The notes below the pieces were generated by a model, which saw nothing but the letters and a program-made list of their open reading frames with translations, did not search any database and had not been told where the DNA came from. From Acanthaster planci (Eukaryota), in NCBI RefSeq assembly GCF_001949145.1, contig NW_019091357.1, positions 3,806,228 through 3,870,227 of the forward strand: a stretch of DNA of 64,000 nucleotides, read 5' to 3'. Position numbers and translations under genes: made by a program. Shown piece after piece: positions 1 to 13,100 of the stretch (the first letter of the stretch is position 1; each line of letters begins with the position of its first letter).

Positions 1-69
1 GAGTGCGTACTCTATAAGCTTGACGCGCGCGTGCATTAATTGGTTGGAGAGGCATGCTTTGGGCGTGTA

Positions 70-308
70 TCACTTGCCCACAACCATGTGTGATGTCACC
101 CCTTGTAATTGCCTGTGAATCTGGTCTCCCAATCCGTCCGAGTGTGACCAACGGAGGGTGACGTTTTACTAGTAACAGAGGCTCCTTTGGAGGGAACTGC
201 ACTACTCTGGTTCACGCACAACTATGCACTGCTGCCGCATAGCTACCAACAAAATGAACACTTCTTACCAACTTGGCTCTTTTCAACCAATCAGGATCAA
301 GCTTTCTG
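70..308 (-). pseudogene. Probable decayed WSC-domain exon of gene A
   Basis: Acceptor tttcag|308, then ESLILIG* (TGA 285-283 where WSC has xxGC). Frameshifted fragments QQCI/LCV, QRSLCY* and GDITHGCG follow in WSC order (compare gene C WSC: FLGCY...LCLERC...RRDCYCG...GNPDEVCGG). Confidence 0.45.
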
Positions 309-454
309 CTGAAAGCGACTTAGCTTATAATTAGCCCTAATCGTAGCATATTTTCCAATGAAGTATACATGGGCGTAGTTATACAATAAACCCGTTGAAG
401 GGGATACAATTGGCAATAAGAACAATTCAGGCTGATTTATTGGATGATACTCAC

Positions 455-1541
455 GGATACAAGTCACTCCGGCTCCTTTGGTGTCTCTGCATCTGCCGTT
501 TGATTGTTTGTGGCTACAATCTGAGAGTGCCACCTCATCTGCAGAAACGGAAACACGACCGACATAGGTCTAACGGTGGACCTTACGAGCAGAGTTCAGG
601 AGTAAAAAGGACTGGAGGATTTATCTCGAAGTTCGTGCCACGGATAGCATTAACACGGTTTATGGATTTTGAGCAAACTCGAGAAAGGAAACTGATTCTT
701 CTCTTTTGAATTAGAGCAGGGAAAGACACTGGAATAAATCTCATGATTTTCTTAAAGAGATTTACCCTTTTTACCAAAGTTATACAATACGGGAGATCTA
801 GTACTCACTCCCTCTGCATTTGAAATCGTCTACCGAATTTGAACTCCTGTTAACGATGCGAAGGCCTTTCATTGTTCGGGAAAGCCCCTCGAATCCCAGC
901 TCCAGACAGACCACTTCACCATCTCGGTCTCCCCAACCTTTATCGCATACGTCTCGCCACGATTCGCCGTTAATTTGTACTTGCAAGCGACCAGAGCTTG
1001 GTTGGCCAGCCAGTGGTAACAGACGGGCACCAGTGATTACTCCTTGTAGAAAAATGTGCATGGAGACGAGATGTTCTAGCGTTATTAGCCACTTTGGTAT
1101 TGCGAAAACTATGTACCCTGTGTTTCGAGAGTTAAGGCTTGAGGTTTAGGCTTTAGCTTTAACGGACGCTAAATAACCCGGTCTTATTTGGAACATGGCA
1201 CAAGCCCTCATCATTTATTATTTAGTAATGTCCATCTTTGGCTGAGTTCCACGCAGGATCACGGGTAACTGTTACTTGGCACAATTTCATGTCGCAGTGA
1301 AATGCTTTTTGTGCATGGATCAACCAGACTTTTTGGGTCTTTATTTGTCCTTCTTTCTTCCTCTACCACTATTGCTATTTCAAAACAGAATTGAACAGCA
1401 TGTGAAAAGAGTTTGTGTTTGGAAATCTGTGTACAAATAGATAGGCCATAAATAAAACATATATATACCATTATTTCGCCTTTGCGTTGATAGCTGTGGC
1501 GCCATGCACGTGATGACTAGCAGCAGGTACAGCAGCTTCAT
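455..1541 (-). CDS. SRCR receptor gene A: signal peptide + one group-A SRCR domain; 3' part unresolved, possibly truncated or pseudogenised
   Basis: Exons 1541-1469 (MKLLYLLLVITCMAPQLSTQRRNN), 1042-809 (GVITGARLLPLAGQPSSGRLQVQINGESWRDVCDKGWGDRDGEVVCLELGF...FKCRG) and 538-455 (NEVALSDCSHKQSNGRCRDTKGAGVTCI). All junctions are GT-AG and phase 1. Six Cys split over two exons is the group-A SRCR pattern. Confidence 0.85.
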
Positions 1542-3559
1542 GTCTAATACCCTGGAGAGAGAGAAAAAAGAAGACAAGTGGGGTTTTGTTTGTTTACTCT
1601 ACAGTCGTACACAATCACTTCAACTGCAAAAAAGCATAAACACAGTAAATGTAATACAGGGCCTTAAAATGTAGCATTTACTTTGCACATTGCAAGCCTG
1701 AAATTGTGGGATTTTCACGTCACGCGTCAGTTTGCACTCAATGACCAGTTTGACCATTTTGCGACAGTTGTACCTGTTATCAGCAAATCTGTAATAGTTG
1801 GTGTCTGCATTTGTCCAAAAAAGCCCACATATGCGTTGAACGATGGATTCAAATAAAGCAGGGAAACCGTAAACATGAAAATCTCTCCCGGCGAAATATT
1901 ACAGTTGGATGACTTTCATCGGTTAGACATGTCACGTAAAAGTTCGTTAAATTTGTAAAATTTTATTTGACCTACGAGAAACGTGAGAAGGGAAGATTAG
2001 AATCTTTGCATTTTTTACAAATATTCTGCCACTCTAAAATTTGATGAGATGCATTGGAAATAATGTAATGGTGATTTGAAATATGATGTCAATTGACCTG
2101 TAATTTCATGTAATTTGATGTCAGTATTACGCCACACTTGGCTGCATCCCTGTTATTGGTTCTTGCTGTGTATGCCAAGCTTTTGCCGTTAAAACGTTGA
2201 ATACTGGGTCTGAGAGAAAATTATTGTTCAAAAATGAGGGGTAAAAAAGAGAAAAATAAACCACGAACAATTACGTAAGTAAACTGGTCATGCACGATGA
2301 GGCCGCTCACCTCTTTTATAACAAACACTGGCGCTAAACTCTAGTGCAAACAAGGACAAATAAAAGATATGACCAAAGAAGCAGTAAAACAAATTATATA
2401 AGTTTAGAAAAAGCAAAAATCGTCCTCGACATTAACACCAATTCCAAAAGTACCCTTGGTCATCTGTCGGTCACTGCTGACTATACCTGCATTACAGGGT
2501 ACGCTCTTGTGCAACTATATAACCTCTGACTGAATTGGAAAATAAAATCGACCGATTTTACCCCTGAATTTTGACCGTCATCTTGCTGTTATTTTGAAGT
2601 TTATCAGCTTTTTTTCTAGCTGTCATTGATTGTTTCCTTGCCCCTATTCATATCCCTGCCTTGTGTGGCCTGTTCTGGTAGTCCTATCTCGTCTTTAATG
2701 CGTTTTTACCGCATCAACATCGCGGAAGTCATGATTCGAATGCATGCATGAGGAAGACCTGATTTTTCTACCCATTACAAAACCTAATAAAATTGCTGCT
2801 TGAAATGAACGTGCGAAGGCCTGCAATATTTGGATTGCCAACAGCACAATTGAATTAAAAGGGATGTCTTAACATGCAATGGAATTGACAGAAAATAGAG
2901 CCGACATGTTTTCCGTTTTAAAAGCGTGCCCCCGCTCCCGGAATATTTTTATAAGAAACACGAAGATGGGATAGGACAAAGCCGGACCTTTTCCTTCCAT
3001 TAAAGCGATCCTTATTCTTTCTCCACTTCTTACTTGATGCAGGTTCAAATCCCGCTCCAGACGATATCTTGGTTATCTTTATAATCATTTGTAAGCACCT
3101 ATTCAGTTCAATAACCTGTTCATTTCACGATTAGAATTCTAATTAAACATTTCGTAAATTACCGAGGTGGGTGTTGAGAAAAATACAAAAAGCTGAGGAA
3201 TTGTGTACGATGTATGACGTCTCATTCTATTGACCGACGTCTAACTTTTCTAGTTTCTTTCTTTTGTTTTTTGGGGGGTTTTTTGGCTTTTTATTTTTGT
3301 TCACTTCAAAAAATGTGAGCTGATTACAAAGTACTTGCCCAGTAATATTTTTTTGTATCGATTACAGCTTGTAACAGCTCTAAAAGCTCAATTTCTAAAA
3401 TTGAAAAACTACTAGTAATTTTCTCTGAAAATTGTCTGCTGAAATAAAATGTTTATATCCCGATTTTATTAATAACCGTACCTTCATTAAGGGCCCAAAT
3501 TTGCAGCAGCTGTATAAACGTTCCTTTTATTGTTTTCATTATAAGGTGAAAGGAATAAA

Positions 3560-4180
3560 TTTCAAATTGTTCAGCATCGGAGGACGTAGTTGCGTCTTAT
3601 TTCAAATGAACTGTCGTTGGCACTAGAGAAAGGTAAATATCTGCCCCCTAGTTTTGTTGCTTCACTGCGCCACATCTTACGTCTCCCGTCTACTGTGCAA
3701 GGTCTATATTGAAATCACCTGTTAAAATGACACCCTGATAGTCAGGGCAAGCAGAATGGATGTCATCAATGGGAGTTTGCAAGTAATCCCAAAATTCAGC
3801 CGTTGCATTTGGCGAGTGATATATTGCGATGAGAACTATTTAAATCTCAGAACAAATCTGTTCAATGCCAGGGTGTTGAAGGTGGACCAAACGGCGTGGT
3901 TTCAAGTGAGCTTTTATTACGGTGAGGACTGCACCACCTCCTTGTTACAGTTCCGGGCTAGGTTTTGTCGATCTTGCCTAAAGATGACGTAATCAGTTGA
4001 GAAAATGAGCTCATTTGAATCACAACTGTCTTTAAGCCATGTTTTAGCTATGCAAACAATGTCCATGTCTCGGAGTGGAGATATGTAGCTAATTCCGCCA
4101 TCTTGAATCGAATACTACGAGCAAATTCCAGTAACATTGGCCTGACTATAGTTCTGTCAAGCTTTCTATAGCCTGTTCAG
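3560..4180 (-). mobile_element. Degenerate CR1/L2-type LINE fragment (APE endonuclease region); boundaries approximate
   Basis: Minus-strand translation gives DMDIVCIAKTWLKDSCDSNELIFSTDYVIFRQDR, GGGAV and ILTGDFNIDL, matching the APE motifs ITETWL, RxDR-GGGV and GDFN. Interrupted by stops and frameshifts. Confidence 0.8.
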
Positions 4181-4694
4181 AAATGTGTTAACATATTTAT
4201 ATCTTTCATATTAGTGGATGAGTCTTAGCAGTTACAGTTGCTTTTGTATGCCAAAAACGCGGATCATGTAATATATCCTGAAATATATCCTGTACTACTG
4301 ACAACACTGAAAAACTATGTGGGTGACTGTCTGTTGCTTCGCTGTGTAAGATTTCCGCAGTTTCAAGGTCTTCCTCGGGTATGGTTAACATATACCAATC
4401 GAGAGGAAGTTCGAGGGGGAAAACGTATATTAGTGGATCAAGTTCGAGATCTGCCATAATTGCCTACCGCCATTAGGCCTACATCGATCAGTTGTGATAG
4501 GAGCAAGTTTCTATCAAAACATTCTGATCAATTTATTGCTCAAATTCCTGCCAAAATCAGATTTCGCATCAGCGCGAACAGCTGTGGCAGGAACAAGCTC
4601 TTGACAAAACGCTGAAGGTAGTTCGTTTCCCATGACCCTGCTTCTTGTCAACATGAGTGTCAGATAATTACTAGAACACACTTTCGATTCAGTT

Positions 4695-4930
4695 CAGGCG
4701 CGGATCCGGTTGGGTGGTTGATCCCCCCCCCCCGCTCTGAGACAAAAGGTAATAAAAATTGCAAAATACTCAAGATAGCTGAAATAAATTTAAAAGACGA
4801 TGTATCATCCCAGAGATTCTTCTTATGTGTTCAAGATGAGTGTTACAAACAGGAAACTATAAGCCGCAAAAATGAGACTTAAACAAGAAATCTGAACTCC
4901 CCCCCTCGAAAAACTCCTGGATCTGCCCCG
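4695..4930. mobile_element. Degenerate MITE-like element with GC-rich termini
   Basis: Starts CAGGCGCGGATCC and ends GGATCTGCCCCG (imperfect inverted repeats), with internal C-runs. No clean TSD. Confidence 0.5.
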
Positions 4931-5138
4931 GATTATTTACAGGTTTTAACAGAACCTAAAACACTGACACACAAGACCGCAGAAACGGTATCTTTAAAAT
5001 GCTGGAATGTGCAACCAAAAAAAAAGAATCCCCAAAAAACTGGTGCTAGCATTTACGTCAATTGTTAAACATAAAATTTATCTAGCAATCTTTATCGTAC
5101 TAAAAATGTGTGTGGAATTTTAGCAGCACTGTGCTTAC

Positions 5139-5550
5139 CTTGAGCGTATATGTCCCTTCCTGGTGAGCAAGTATTTCTCTGTAACAAGTCCACCTTCTTT
5201 GATAACTGGTCACGCGTGAAGGGGTCAATCTATATGTGAACACGGGTGTCAACGATTATAACCGAATCGAAATAGTCCAACAACTTACTGTTGGTGTCCA
5301 GTATGACTTCTCATAATTTTATATCCGTGCAGGCCCTCGTGTGTGTCGCTATTTAAGTCCAAACTTCATTTGCGATTGCCTGAATCAGTCACTGCAGTCT
5401 AAGGACGAACAGGAACCTCATAAGCACAAGAGGGACCGCGGAAAACGAGTCTTTTCACGGAAACTGTAGCAGCAGGACGGAAAGATGGTTTGCCATTGGG
5501 TTCCTGTTTCGTGTTAACCAAGTCACGGTTTCATCCAGTGGCACGGCATG
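5139..5550 (-). promoter_or_regulatory. Putative non-coding first exon and promoter of gene A
   Basis: Perfect donor CAAG|gtaagc at 5139. Upstream blocks GGAAAACGA, TTCCTGTTT and ATCCAGTGGCA recur in the same order at 19421-19526, upstream of gene B. Confidence 0.5.
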
Positions 5551-6587
5551 AGGTGCACATTTTCACATAGGGCTGCAATTGCATAACTTATATTCCACAA
5601 CCAACGACGCAAACTGGAACAAAAAGGTTGCTTGTCCAGATTCAATCCTAAGATAAACCACAAACTTCTGTCGATGTTTTGGATATTAGATAATGGGACC
5701 TCTTTATTGTCATCATTGTCTTTGCGCATATCTTCCGTAACGTAAACAACATGTGCCAACCTCTGTGGTTTGGAAACTGTCGTTTCCGTGACTTATTTCC
5801 CTATCAAACAGGAATAGCGAGCTGGCATGTCCATTACCCTATATGCATCAATTACCAATGCATTGATATAGCGTGTCAACAGACTGGCTACAAGTAGTCA
5901 TCGACCTATAATTACTGCTTCAAAATGCAATGGACTCGCTGCACGCATTAATATATTAATATAAGCCCAATAACGTACTCCAGTGAATAAAGTACCCTCT
6001 ATGTGCATGATTCGTGTTTTCACGTGAACTTGGACTTCAAAGTGTCTGACCCCAACCTCATTCTTGCAGACGCTTTAATACCAGTATCGCCCTTGCAGTC
6101 AAGGCAAAGATCGCGAATGTACAGTGCGATGAGCAAAGGAGAATTGCGACCATGTGTTGGGGAGACTTTTGTTTACGTCACAAATGCAAATTGCTTTATC
6201 GGGTAGCAGATCTTAAAGTCAGTAGTCATTCAAATGAAAAATTACCAGTGAAGCAAATAGCCCCTCCCGTTCTAGAACGTCCATACTCGGGTAATAGGCT
6301 ATTTATAGCGTGAAACAAAGTTTCGGAAAAATGAACTGATAACCGAAGTATAGTGTTCCTTTCCCTTTACTATATTATCTCACCTATCCTTTCTTGCTTA
6401 TAGGAAGGACTGTGGTTCTGCAGGATGTACCATTATTAACGACTTATAATTTGAATGGTCCACAGTCAAAAGTGATAATATTTTTTCGATATGAAACCGT
6501 CCAGATGGTACACAATTGACGTTTAGACTTGCCTCGAGTTGGTACGACCAAGAAAAAATTATAAAACGTACATATAAAAGTCCAATA

Positions 6588-6593
6588 TTTATT
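6588..6593 (-). terminator. Candidate polyadenylation signal of gene B
   Basis: AATAAA on the minus strand ~600 nt downstream of the gene B stop codon. Confidence 0.3.
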
Positions 6594-7184
6594 GTACAGT
6601 AGTATATGCTATACACTGAATTGATTAAGAGATTAAAGCATGTTTAGATGTAAAACATATACTAGTATTCCACCAGTGAACATATGGAAACTGTGGTTAA
6701 AGAACTTTGCTGAGGCATTGGATGGGTGCAGTTGGCTAACCAACTTCTGGGAGGACGAGTCGCGAGGGTTCTCGAGAAACCTCGATTTCAAATCAGTTTA
6801 CAGAGGAAACCAATGTTATGAAAATAGTTGTGTAGAATGACAGCGACAGAGAGAACGGAAAGAAGTGCAACCAATGTTGAATATGAGTAACGACGTGTCA
6901 CAGTCAAAACTACGTATGACTACATGTAAGCTTCTTCGAGAGGATTGTATAACGCTTGCACATTGTTAGGGAGAGACAGACTCCAATGCCGGTCCAATGT
7001 TCGCCTGAGCAAGCAGAGATAGGTTTTGGAACATTTGGAACAACATATAAGGAACAATTAATGTGCCTAATGAACATTGTTTTCTACATATAGCCAACCA
7101 ACTATTATCAAGGACTACTTGTCGACAGTTACGGTACGTAAGTATGCACACTTACAAATCCAGGATAGATTGTTCTTTAAGAAA

Positions 7185-10100
7185 CTATTCAGGAGGCCCG
7201 GGAACATACACGATATTCTCTACCCATCCTTCGGTTTCTTCAGCGGAACCAGTGCAGAGATTTGAATCGTCTGCGGTGGCGTACTCGGTTTCCCTGTTCA
7301 TTGCCGCCGGTTGACAGCCAGCATTCTTGGTTTCCTTCGTAGAAATAGTGGGACGTGCCTCGCCGGCGTTGTAGAGCGGGGCGCCCATGGAGTTTTCTTG
7401 TTCCTCGATCATGAAATAATCGGCGTTAGGTGGCCGGTCGATGCCGGTTGCAGGGGCGCCCAGCCGAGGCACGTCTGCGTACGTGTACACGGGAGGATGT
7501 AAAACGTTATGGCTTCCTGGTTCCCCCTCTGCGTGTGCAGTGGAACCTGAAATGGGATCTGCGTACGTGTACTCGTGGTCATCGACGTCATCTTCCCCCG
7601 GAAGACCCGAATCCCGCGATGGCGCATCAACTGCCTGTGATGTGGCTTTGTCCCCGACCACCCCCGTGGTGTACTGGCCGTTGCCTGTCAAGTCGCCCTT
7701 GTCTTCGACAGTAAAATAGTCTGTGCCGCAGCTCAACACCTGGTTCGTTTCCATTGCATCCGACTCGGATTGCTTCGTCGTGAAGCATGACGCTCTTGCT
7801 GTGTTTTGTTTTCCCTCTGTCGATGACCTTTTCCCTGAAGCCATCTCACCGTTGAGTTCTAGGTAAACCGATATTTTGCTGGCAGACTCATTCCTTGACA
7901 CCGGCGGAGCTGAAGCTGGCTGTTTTAGTGAATGTTCGACTGGTGATGGACAAGGGACCGCCAAGCCCAGTACCTTCTCGTTGTCGGATCTACATTGTTC
8001 GAAACCCACAGACAGTTGCAAGTCCGTTGTCGCCACGGGAAGTTTCCTTTGTCTGTACCTAGAACGATAGAGACCAGATAAAATCTTTTTCTATCTAATG
8101 GATTTACGAAGTGCTGAATCTGCAAACTGGACTCAGGAAGTCGAGCTGTTTGAGCGGTTGCATTTTTATTTCCTTTTCTTTTAATTCCTATTGTTAGCGG
8201 GTCCATGTGTGTGTGTTTTTCCCCTTTTATTTTTTCAAGCAAGTCTGTTAAGTTTTGACCCAATCGGACAGGGCTTTTATTGGTTACCCTAATTTTTTTT
8301 TTTTTCATTTTGTTGTCTATACGGGAAATGTATGGAAAACCCCAGTATGGCGTCATTTTTGGCAGCCTGGATATCTTGATATCATTGCCTCCAAGCGTTG
8401 TTAAACTGTAACTACGCAAGAAATCATGGACACAATCATCCATACCGGACACTAAAAATTTCAGCACATGCATCGGTATTTGGAATAACCTCTTAGACAG
8501 GTTATATATGGCTAAGGATAAATGGTTGGAAGACAACTCAACTGCACAAAAATGGGTGTTGAAAAATATTTGTGGTTCTGATGTCTACTCGGCTAGAGTA
8601 AAATCTTTTTGCTGAGAGATTTGCCTTATCTGATATGAATTTTCCCTTTTAAAAAGGATTGATCATTCTGGTATCAATTCCAATCTGGTATTTTTACCTT
8701 CTCAGAAGGCACACTACCATGAAGCATGCGCACACGATGAACACCGTACATCCTAATGCTAGTCCAATATATTTTCCTTTAAAAGAAACAAGAAAAGAGA
8801 GTTGAGCCATGTCCAGCTCTCATAGCATCACATTACCGTCAGAGAAGAACAGTTTTTCCCAATCATAGAGCAACCCAACGCAAACTAATGTTCAATATTT
8901 GTTTCAAGAAAAAAACAGATACATTCTGAATGCCTCAAACAGACAATGTATCCATGTTTAATTATTTCGTCAACGTAGCTTTTGTTTGTCCTTGGATTTG
9001 GTAGAATTGCCTACCTGCTTCGGACTATCGAGTGCAACATTGTGATTGTCAAAAAGAGCGGACATAACTTTTACATGAATTAGAGGGATGTCATAGCATG
9101 GTTGAAGTGTAAAGATACCTGGCTTTGATTCACGTTGACTGTCTAATCCACCAGTATCTGTCGTGGCTAATTTCGTTGTCATGCCGTGTCCGTCAGTGGC
9201 CGATTGCGTCAGTCCAGGGTTCTCGGGCCTCTCGGTCACGGTCCACATTGAGCTCGTCACCGGTGAGGTGTTTGCCGGACCTGGAGTCGTCTGCTCAGGA
9301 GTTACTACCCTTTCTATCGTGGTTGCCTCCGTTTCTTGCCCGATATCTTCAGTGTTTGTACAGTAGGAAGGGCAAGTACATGTAAGACGGTCACATCACA
9401 TTAAAAATAATGCAATAATAATGAAAATGGAGGGGGCTTTGCTTGTTTGTGCTTGGTTGGTTCTTTTTGACAGCAGACGCAAAATCTCTAAGGGTAAACA
9501 ACACAGTAATAGAGGCAGCAACTTTAATAACTCAAGGGAGCGAGTCAGCTCTTACCGTAGCATATAACGCCTGCTCCATTCATGCATCCCCGCCGTTTGT
9601 TGTGATCACACTGTGCAAGTGAAGATTCCTCTGCACAACGACGAACAGCAATGATAAACAAGTGAAAATCAGTACGGGCGATTCACAATAGTGCGCCTCC
9701 AAGAGTTTGCCACGTGTTGACTAATCCGCACAGTGCGTAAAATCTGTCGATGCGAGCATTGGGTCGACAGGTTCGCGCAATGTGATCGGTCGACTCGTTG
9801 CAAACTCTTGTAGGTGCGCTATTGTGAAACGCCCGTAGTGAGACATTGAATTTATAAAGAAGGGTAAATGAAGCTTGTTATAAACATGTTTATTATTAAA
9901 GTGTAAAGGAAAAAGGCTCAAATATTTCGACATCGATAGGGTTTCGGAGGTAGAAAAAAAAACAATATTTCATGACTTTATCAACCGAAAATCAACAAGA
10001 GGCAATTTCTTTCCACAACCAACTAGGCCGATTTCAGAAACAAACAAGGTCAAATTTTGTGTTTATGTTTGGTTGATGACGAACTGGGAGAAAGGCACAA

Positions 10101-13100
10101 CATGCATGAAGATACATGTAAACTGTCACCGTTGCGGTCCAAATGCATTAAAACGAGGAGTTTTGATGACGTACAGAAAATCATTACATTATACATTAAT
10201 ATTTTAGATGCATATATCTTCCTCTTGGCTGGTCAAAATAATGGTGAAATTTGTTCCGAAATGAAGAGGTTTACGTGGCAACATGTGAGAGTGCACTCGT
10301 GTTCATGTGCAGTAGCAACAGACTATTCCTATGCCACAGAGAAAAACGCGGTCAGCGTCAGATACCCAGACCTGAATCTTGGGCTGAATCGCGGGCTACT
10401 TTGTATGTGTGTACGTGTGAAGCTAAAAAGACAGCGACCTACGAGTTTGCTTGTTTGCTGAGTCGACACTTTTAATGTGTCGAACAGAAAGAGCTAAACA
10501 CATATCGGATTCTTCTTGTCGAAGTAACTGGATTCAATTGTTATGAGAGTAACCATAATTTACTCGGCGATGAATGAGGACAACTGCACGAAACCCGTCG
10601 GCGTTGCCGGGGTGTGGTGGTCCCAAACCTGGCGGTGTGCACAACACCGTATATAGGCAGCTGCAACGCAGCTCAAGCAGTTTCTAAACTCGAAGTGCTT
10701 CTGCAGGCGCTGGAAATTTGTCTACGCAGTCTTTAAAAAAATCCTTGTTATATTACTTATCTGCGACAACCGGAAAGGTTTCCGTTGTCCGGGGAGGATC
10801 GATTCAACGCGTTATTGCAAGGCAACATCGAGAACACTAAGTCTCAGGGCACGAGATTCCTGTCCAAAATTTCTACCGGTAACTACGCAAGACCGGGGTA
10901 TGATTTATTTTATGATAAAAGCACAACAAATCATGCACTTAAGATGGATTGATGGAACAATTAACACAGTGGAGATGAACTGAGCAAGAACATTGCATTT
11001 TGAGCATGCCTCTACTACATACGAGACTCGCGTGTGAGGATGCACTCTGTTTGCAGTCGTATCTCCCCATGACGTGTTGGGGTCGCCGGCATATCATTAA
11101 TACATATAGAGTGTGTTTGAAATCGGCAAAAAGGAACTCGCGCAAGCCCATTTTTTCTACCATTAATGCATAAATGGGAACACGGATCCATTTTTTCATG
11201 TTAATTTTGGAAGATTGTCTTGTTACCTCTTGTTTAACAACGGTTATGATTAGGGAACGAAGATTTTCTTTTCCCTACCTCCTTAAGAATGCTAGTTCAC
11301 ACTCTCTGCTTGAGGGAAACTAAGGAAGGAAAGACTACGCTTACTGTTGCATACAAATGTGAACTTGTATAAAGTTCATATCTGCCTGCAACAGCAACTA
11401 CTTCTCTACACAAATGTAAACATATTAGTGTTACATTTGTGTCAAACTGATTGTGTTTATATATAGTCCTTTAGGACTCCATATATTGGCATTTTAAGCT
11501 GGGTAAACACTGTTATGCACACCAACTAAAGAAGAGCTGTTTTTCCTCTCATCTCTGCAAAAATAATTTTCACATGGGCTCACAATGTCATAACTTTGTC
11601 TCTCTTCAAGAATTTGCGTATCAGAACAAGTGTAGGGATTTTAACGTCCTTTCGCTACCTTTTCTTTTGTTTGATGATTACAGGGATTTCGTTTCCAAAT
11701 CATTGTAACACAGGGAACTAACTACTAACCTCCATCACATCTGAAATCGCGGACTGATTCTGAAGTTCGATTATTCGCATCGATTCCAATGCCTCTCATG
11801 CTGTTCAACAACCCAGCATATCCAACCTGTCGGCAGACCACTTCACCGTCCTCATCATCCCACATGTTTTCGCACACATCAAGCCAGGTTGTGCTGTCTA
11901 TTTGGACCTGCACCCGACCGGAGTGGGGCTGATCTCGAAGCTGTGGCCCGACAAGCCGAACACTGGTGATTTCTGCAAGAAACCAATTTACTTTGAGTTT
12001 AAACTTTCAAGGTACTATCAACAAGAATGTTCTGTGTATAGGTGACATGATTTGCCAATAAAAATGCGAAAGCCAGAGATCAGATGCTGCAGCTGACTCT
12101 TTTGCATACTACAGAGGAAATGTTAAAATTGTCTGATCTAAAGTTGTCTGCATGTTATTTTGTTAATGGACAAAAGCATTTTGAAGACAATTAATTACAT
12201 TGCTGCCTGTTAAAATTTTATATGGTCAGAAAAAGCTCGGTATCTGGTATATAAGTTGTGTCAAAACCTCTTCAAACCAGTAATCAAGCGTTGTGGTGTA
12301 AAAGGTTCACAATTGAAGTTGGACCCAATTCGCCAAATATTATCGTATGTTGGCCTAGTAAGATCCAAGGGGATCATGCCATCGCGCCTTTGGCTGGCCG
12401 TTTTCGTCGTGTTCGTGCGTCTCCTTTCCACTTCAACTCCCCGCAGTTGCCTTATCGTGGACTGCCCCAGGCTCTACCAGGCTCTTCTCTTGGCGGTATA
12501 TTCCTCCACTCCACGTTCCTCTATTAGACAGTGGCGTAGGTCGTCCCACACCTTGTCTTGGAAACCAAATATAATCTTCCTCGAGATCGAACTCTAATGC
12601 TAACTTCACTCTAGAAGATTCACTGAGGAAGTCGATCCGATGCCATCTTAAAGACATGACCAAACCACCTGAGACGGCTTTCTGTGAGGATGATGTGCAA
12701 ACTTGCACTTTGAGTGCGTTGCAGTACTTCCGCATTTGACACTCGATCCGACCATTTTGCAGACTAGAATTTTCCTTATATTGCGAATACGGTTAAACAA
12801 AAGCAACAGAGACAGCAACTTAAATTACCGGGGGCAGCGAGTTAGCTCTTACCGTAGCATGTAATCCCTGCTCCGTTCATGCATCTCCCCCGTTTGTTGT
12901 GGTCACACTGTGCAAGTGAAGATTCCTCTGTAAAACCATGAATAGCAAGGATTAAAAACAGTGAAAACTAGATAGAAGTGTTTGTAACCTACTACAAACA
13001 CAGAGCTGTTTCGGGACAAAACAAGTATTGGCAAATGTGATGAAAAAACCTGAAACTATGAGAGTAAAAGTGAACAATTTAGTTTTCTGGACGTGACACA

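Noticed and set aside
283..285. TGA at a position where WSC has Cys, read as possible selenocysteine
   Set aside because: An in-frame TAA and frameshifts follow shortly, which fits decay rather than recoding.
4206..4459. Overlapping ORFs next to the LINE fragment
   Set aside because: No recognisable domain or splice structure; probably part of the decayed element.
7925..8536. 203-aa minus-strand ORF
   Set aside because: Lies mostly in the last intron of gene B and overlaps the real exon out of frame; it includes a poly-A-derived Lys run.
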